10,794 nucleotides of DNA from Sandaracinaceae bacterium (GTDB lineage: Bacteria > Myxococcota_A > Polyangia > Polyangiales > Sandaracinaceae): assembly GCA_044220955.1 (NCBI GenBank), contig JBGAQA010000156.1, forward strand, positions 1 to 10,794, given 5' to 3'. Both the position numbers and the translations under genes were made by a program. Numbering within the stretch: position 1 is the stretch's first letter; every line of letters begins with the position of its first letter. Positions 7,777-10,794 of the stretch are shown here, piece after piece. The notes beneath the pieces are model-generated. The model did no database searches. It was not told the DNA's origin and worked only from the letters and a program-made list of their open reading frames with translations.

Positions 7777-7788
7777 GTGCGCAGTCTA
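7777..7788 (-). promoter_or_regulatory. Putative -10 element (TAGACT) 6 nt before the plsY GTG; leaderless promoter
   Basis: Minus strand TAGACT-gcgcac-GTG, just downstream of the sigma-gene terminator. No SD. Confidence 0.6.
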
Positions 7789-7794
7789 CGGGCC

Positions 7795-7833
7795 AAAACG
7801 GAAACGGGCGGACCGGTTTCCCGATCCGCCCGC
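7795..7833 (-). terminator. Intrinsic terminator of the ECF sigma gene
   Basis: Minus strand GCGGGCGGATCGG-GAAA-CCGGTCCGCCCGT then TTCCGTTTT: 13-bp stem, GNRA loop, U-rich tail. Confidence 0.85.
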
Positions 7834-7880
7834 CTACGCCCCCTCCGGGGCCCCCCGTGAGGTGCCTGCCCGCCTCGCTC

Positions 7881-8519
7881 TCAGGCTGCTTGTCCCATCG
7901 TCTCCCGCATCATCGGGGACAGGGCGCGCTCCAGGCGGCACCGGATCTTGTGCTTCTTCGAGTAGACCGTCTTCACCGAGATCTGCATCTCCTCGGCGAC
8001 CTGCTCCGGCGTGAGGCCGTCCATGTAGTACAGACGCACGAACGTCTGGTCCTTGGCCGAGAACGTGCGGAGGGTGTCGTTCACGCAGCCCCAGCGCTCC
8101 TTCTCGAGCAGGTGCTCGTAAGGGTCGGCGTCCGCCTGGCCGAGGTTCTCCGCCGCGGCGAGCTCGGTGCACTGCGGCTGCCGCGCCACGCCGCGCAGGT
8201 AGTCCCACGCGGCATTGGTCGCGAGCAGACCGACCCACGAGCTCAGCTTGTTGCCCCGCTCCCGGTCGTAGGTGCGCAGCTTGTGCATCTCGCGGTGCGT
8301 GAGGCCGAAGAGGAACTGCGCGTAGATCTCGCGGACGTCCTCGGTGCCGACGCTGTTCGGGAAGCGGCTCGTGACCTTGTGGATGCAGCGGTACACGAGG
8401 CGGTCGAAGCGGCGGTGGAACTCACGCCATGCGCCCGGCTGGCGCTCCAGCATCCGCGCGAGGAGCTCCTCGTCCGACCAGTCCAGCCCGCTCGCACTCA
8501 CGCAAGTGATCGTCTGCAT
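7881..8519 (-). CDS. RNA polymerase sigma-70 factor, ECF (group 4) family
   Basis: 212 aa. Region 2: SDEELL...AWREFHRRFDRLVY...EDV...LSSWVGLLATNAAWDYLR. Region 4: FVRLYYMDGLTPEQVAEEMQISVKTVYSKKHKIR. SD GGAG upstream. Confidence 0.95.
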   Translation of the reverse strand: MQTITCVSASGLDWSDEELLARMLERQPGAWREFHRRFDRLVYRCIHKVTSRFPNSVGTEDVREIYAQFLFGLTHREMHKLRTYDRERGNKLSSWVGLLATNAAWDYLRGVARQPQCTELAAAENLGQADADPYEHLLEKERWGCVNDTLRTFSAKDQTFVRLYYMDGLTPEQVAEEMQISVKTVYSKKHKIRCRLERALSPMMRETMGQAA

Positions 8520-8564
8520 GACCCTTCTCCATCGGAGCGACTCGCTCTCGACGAAGAGGGCATC

Positions 8565-8581
8565 AGCAGCCGTCGTGCCAG
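8565..8581 (-). promoter_or_regulatory. Sigma54 (-24/-12) promoter for the ECF sigma gene
   Basis: Minus strand CTGGCACG-ACGG-CTGCT versus consensus YTGGCACG-N4-TTGCW, with exact GG-N10-GC spacing. Predicted +1 about 8554, 35 nt before the ATG. Confidence 0.75.
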
Positions 8582-8635
8582 CGGGCGTGGATCGCGTTTT
8601 CCGCGGAGATCCGGGGGGACCGGTCTCCCCGAGGG

Positions 8636-8715
8636 TGTAACAGCAGGGCCACTGTTACGCTCGGAAGGCCGCTCGGAGTTACGCTGTTACGCCGCCCGGG
8701 ACGCCCTCTGTTACG
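8636..8715. promoter_or_regulatory. Cluster of five GTTAC/GTAAC motifs; putative transcription-factor (enhancer) binding sites
   Basis: TGTAACAG 8636-8643 (inverted), CTGTTACG 8652-8659, GTTACG 8678-8683, CTGTTACG 8684-8691, CTGTTACG 8708-8715. Confidence 0.65.
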
Positions 8716-8784
8716 ATCGCCTGGGTCCGCTTCTCCCCTCGCGGTGCGCGCGGAACTCGCGGCCGCGGCGGATGTCGGGATCGC

Positions 8785-9969
8785 ATGCGCCTCTCGTTCG
8801 CCGCCTCCTCGCTCGGTCTGACTCTCTCGTGCCTCGCCGGCTGCGGAGCGGCCGTCGCACCTTCCACGACCGCCCGCCTGCTGGAGGAGACCCGCATCGT
8901 CGCCATGCGCGACGCGAGCGGCGGCTACCAGTTCGACACGTACACGGCCGAGGATCTGTTTCGTCAGGGCACGGCCCTGCAGGCCGACAACCACTGCGCC
9001 GACGCGGTCACCCGCTACGACCGCATCGCCGACGAGTTCCCCTCGAGCCGCTACCTCTCGCCCTCGCTCTACAACGCGGCCCTCTGCCTCCAGCAGACCG
9101 GTGACCTCGACGGCTCCGCGGCCCACTACTACCGGCTCGTCGATCACCTGCCCGACTCGGCAGACGCGAAGGTCGCGCGCCTGCAGCTCACCGGGGTGCT
9201 CGTCACGCTCGAGCGCTGGGAGGAAGCGCTCGCCTCCGCGAACCTGCTGCTCGCTCGCCCCGACCTGCAGTCCGACGAGCGGCTCGAGGCGATGGCGCGA
9301 CGCGCGCAGGCGCTGCTCGGCATGCGGCGGCTCGAGGAGGCCACGGCGGCCGCCGACGACGCGGGCGTCTACTACCGCACGCGGCGTGGAGACGAGGTCG
9401 TCACCGATCCCTACTTCGCCGCTGCGGCGATGTTCGTCCGCGCCGAGTCCATCCGCGCGCGCTCGGAGGCGATGACGATGCCGGCGGGCGACGTGCAGGC
9501 GCAGCACGACACGCTCGAGCGGCGTGCGCAGCTCATCCTCGACGCTCAGCGGGCCTACTTCGACACGATCCGCCTCACGAACGCCCACTGGGCGGCGGCG
9601 GCCGGCTACCGCATCGGCTCGATGTACGAGACCCTCTACGCGGACATGACGGCGGCGCCGGTGCCGCCCCCCGCCGAGCCGATGAACGACCAGCAGCTCG
9701 CGATGTATCGCGACGCGTACCGCGCCACGCTCCGCGAGCGCGTCGAGCCGCTGGTGCGCCACGCGATCCGCTACTGGGAGCTGACCCTGTTGATGGTCGA
9801 GCGCACCGGCGTCGACACGCAGTGGGCGATCCGGACCCGCTCCGAGCTCGAGCGGGCGCGGGTGCTCCTGATCACGGGCGAGCTCCCGGATCAGGATCGG
9901 GCGGCGGCGCTGGCGGAGCCGCGCGGAGGTAGCATCGCCCCCGACGCGACCCCCGACGCGGCGCCCTGA
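8785..9969 (+). CDS. Tetratricopeptide-repeat lipoprotein (BamD/CpoB-like N-terminal TPRs)
   Basis: 394 aa, lipobox LAG-C at residue 20. TPR pattern AEDLFRQG...AVTRYDRIADEFPSSRYLSPSLYNAALC...YYRLVDHLPDS. Confidence 0.88.
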   Translation: MRLSFAASSLGLTLSCLAGCGAAVAPSTTARLLEETRIVAMRDASGGYQFDTYTAEDLFRQGTALQADNHCADAVTRYDRIADEFPSSRYLSPSLYNAALCLQQTGDLDGSAAHYYRLVDHLPDSADAKVARLQLTGVLVTLERWEEALASANLLLARPDLQSDERLEAMARRAQALLGMRRLEEATAAADDAGVYYRTRRGDEVVTDPYFAAAAMFVRAESIRARSEAMTMPAGDVQAQHDTLERRAQLILDAQRAYFDTIRLTNAHWAAAAGYRIGSMYETLYADMTAAPVPPPAEPMNDQQLAMYRDAYRATLRERVEPLVRHAIRYWELTLLMVERTGVDTQWAIRTRSELERARVLLITGELPDQDRAAALAEPRGGSIAPDATPDAAP

Positions 9970-9984
9970 CGCCTGGGATCGCGC

Positions 9985-10013
9985 TTGACAGGTCTGGGGG
10001 CCAATCGTAAAGA
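9985..10013 (+). promoter_or_regulatory. Sigma70 promoter of the tRNA-tuf operon
   Basis: Perfect TTGACA (9985-9990), 17-nt spacer, TAAAGA (10008-10013), then a GC-rich discriminator (agcgcccc) typical of stable-RNA promoters. Confidence 0.8.
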
Positions 10014-10112
10014 AGCGCCCCCTCGCGCCCCCGCGCGGGGCGTGGTCTGTTCTCTGACCGGCGCCGTCCGGTCGGTGGTGGGCCGCGAGAACGAACCACG
10101 CAGCGACGCTTC

Positions 10113-10184
10113 GCTGGCGTAGCTCAACGGTAGAGCACCTGTTTTGTAAACAGGCGGTTGCGGGTTCAAATCCAGTCGCCAGCC
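10113..10184 (+). tRNA. tRNA-Thr (anticodon TGT)
   Basis: Acceptor GCTGGCG/CGCCAGC, D-arm GCTC/GAGC, anticodon arm CCTGT-TTTGTAA-ACAGG, T-loop TTCAAAT. One G-A mismatch in the T stem. CCA not encoded. Confidence 0.93.
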
Positions 10185-10223
10185 AATATCCAGTGAGTCG
10201 AAGACCGTAAAGGCAGTCATTTC

Positions 10224-10306
10224 GGAGAGTTGCCCGAGCGGCCAAAGGGAGCAGACTGTAAATCTGCCGGCGTTTGCCTACGGTGGTTCGAATCCACCAC
10301 TCTCCA
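10224..10306 (+). tRNA. tRNA-Tyr (anticodon GTA)
   Basis: Acceptor GGAGAGT/ACTCTCC, anticodon arm GCAGA-CTGTAAA-TCTGC, long variable arm, T-arm GGTGG-TTCGAAT-CCACC. CCA not encoded. Confidence 0.97.
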
Positions 10307-10321
10307 GCTTCCGTATCGCCC

Positions 10322-10394
10322 GCGGGAGTAGCTCAGTTGGTAGAGCGTCAGCCTTCCAAGCTGAACGTCGCCGGTTCGAACCCGGTCTCCCGCT
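10322..10394 (+). tRNA. tRNA-Gly (anticodon TCC)
   Basis: Acceptor GCGGGAG/CTCCCGC, anticodon arm TCAGC-CTTCCAA-GCTGA, T-loop TTCGAAC, U73. CCA not encoded. Confidence 0.97.
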
Positions 10395-10423
10395 CTGGTC
10401 CCTCGTTCCCGTTCCCACCCATC

Positions 10424-10495
10424 GCCCAGGTAGCTCAGGGGTAGAGCACCTCCTTGGTAAGGAGGAGGTCGCGAGTTCGATTCTCGTCCTGGGCT
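10424..10495 (+). tRNA. tRNA-Thr (anticodon GGT)
   Basis: Acceptor GCCCAGG/CCTGGGC, anticodon arm CCTCC-TTGGTAA-GGAGG, T-loop TTCGATT. CCA not encoded. Confidence 0.97.
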
Positions 10496-10530
10496 CACTC
10501 GTTCTGTCAAAGCAAAGGAGCTCGCTCGCG

Positions 10531-10794
10531 ATGTCGAAGGAGAAGTTCAACCGAACCAAGCCGCACGTGAACGTCGGGACGATCGGTCACATCGACCACG
10601 GCAAGACGACGACGACGGCGGCGATCACGAAGGTCGCGGCCAAGAAGTTCGGCGGCAAGGAGATCACCTACGCCGACATCGCCAAGGGCGGCACGGTCCG
10701 CGACGACAGCAAGATCGTCACGATCGCCGTCTCGCACGTCGAGTACGAGTCGTCGAAGCGCCACTACGCGCACGTCGACTGCCCCGGCCACGCC
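10531..10794 (+). CDS. tuf: Elongation factor Tu, N-terminal 88 codons (runs off the window)
   Basis: Manual translation: [33 protein letters not shown]...[28 protein letters not shown] at 10515-10520. Follows the Thr-Tyr-Gly-Thr cluster as in the tufB operon. Confidence 0.98.
   Translation, partial: MSKEKFNRTKPHVNVGTIGHIDHGKTTTTAAITKVAAKKFGGKEITYADIAKGGTVRDDSKIVTIAVSHVEYESSKRHYAHVDCPGHA

Noticed and set aside
4784..7860. Long plus-strand ORFs (906, 764 and 717 aa)
   Set aside because: Low-complexity Arg/Ala/Ser translations antisense to the M16-like gene and plsY; stop-codon scarcity artefacts.
8563..10245. 560-aa minus-strand ORF and small ORFs over the tRNAs
   Set aside because: Antisense to the TPR lipoprotein gene and tRNA genes, with no domain signal.
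10113..10530. Integrative element or att site at the tRNA cluster
   Set aside because: No integrase, no duplicated tRNA 3' end seen, and the cluster runs uninterrupted into tuf.

Overview
Very GC-rich bacterial chromosomal window. Gene content and style suggest Myxococcota (Polyangia-like); this is an inference, not a database result. Left to right it holds: a 5'-truncated aconitase/LeuD swivel-domain gene (-) abutting head-to-head, with no intergenic space, an apparently 5'-truncated TPR-like gene (+); a GIDE-domain membrane protein (-); a 21-unit hexamer repeat; then, all on the - strand and listed in direction of transcription, an ECF sigma factor, plsY, a catalytically dead M16-like lipoprotein, a FadR/YsiA-type TetR regulator, etfB and etfA; a divergent TPR lipoprotein (+); and the classic tRNA-Thr(TGT)-Tyr(GTA)-Gly(TCC)-Thr(GGT)-tuf operon with a clear sigma70 promoter. 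It is mostly housekeeping, with no mobile element, CRISPR or defence system visible. The most notable signals are: a sigma54 promoter with an ordered GTTAC repeat array upstream of the orphan ECF sigma gene; three genes sharing a TAGnn(T/C)-N6-GTG leaderless architecture; an EF-Tu with a non-canonical switch I; a three-way-junction RNA leader before the tRNA cluster; and a probable rearrangement or chimeric junction at about 330.
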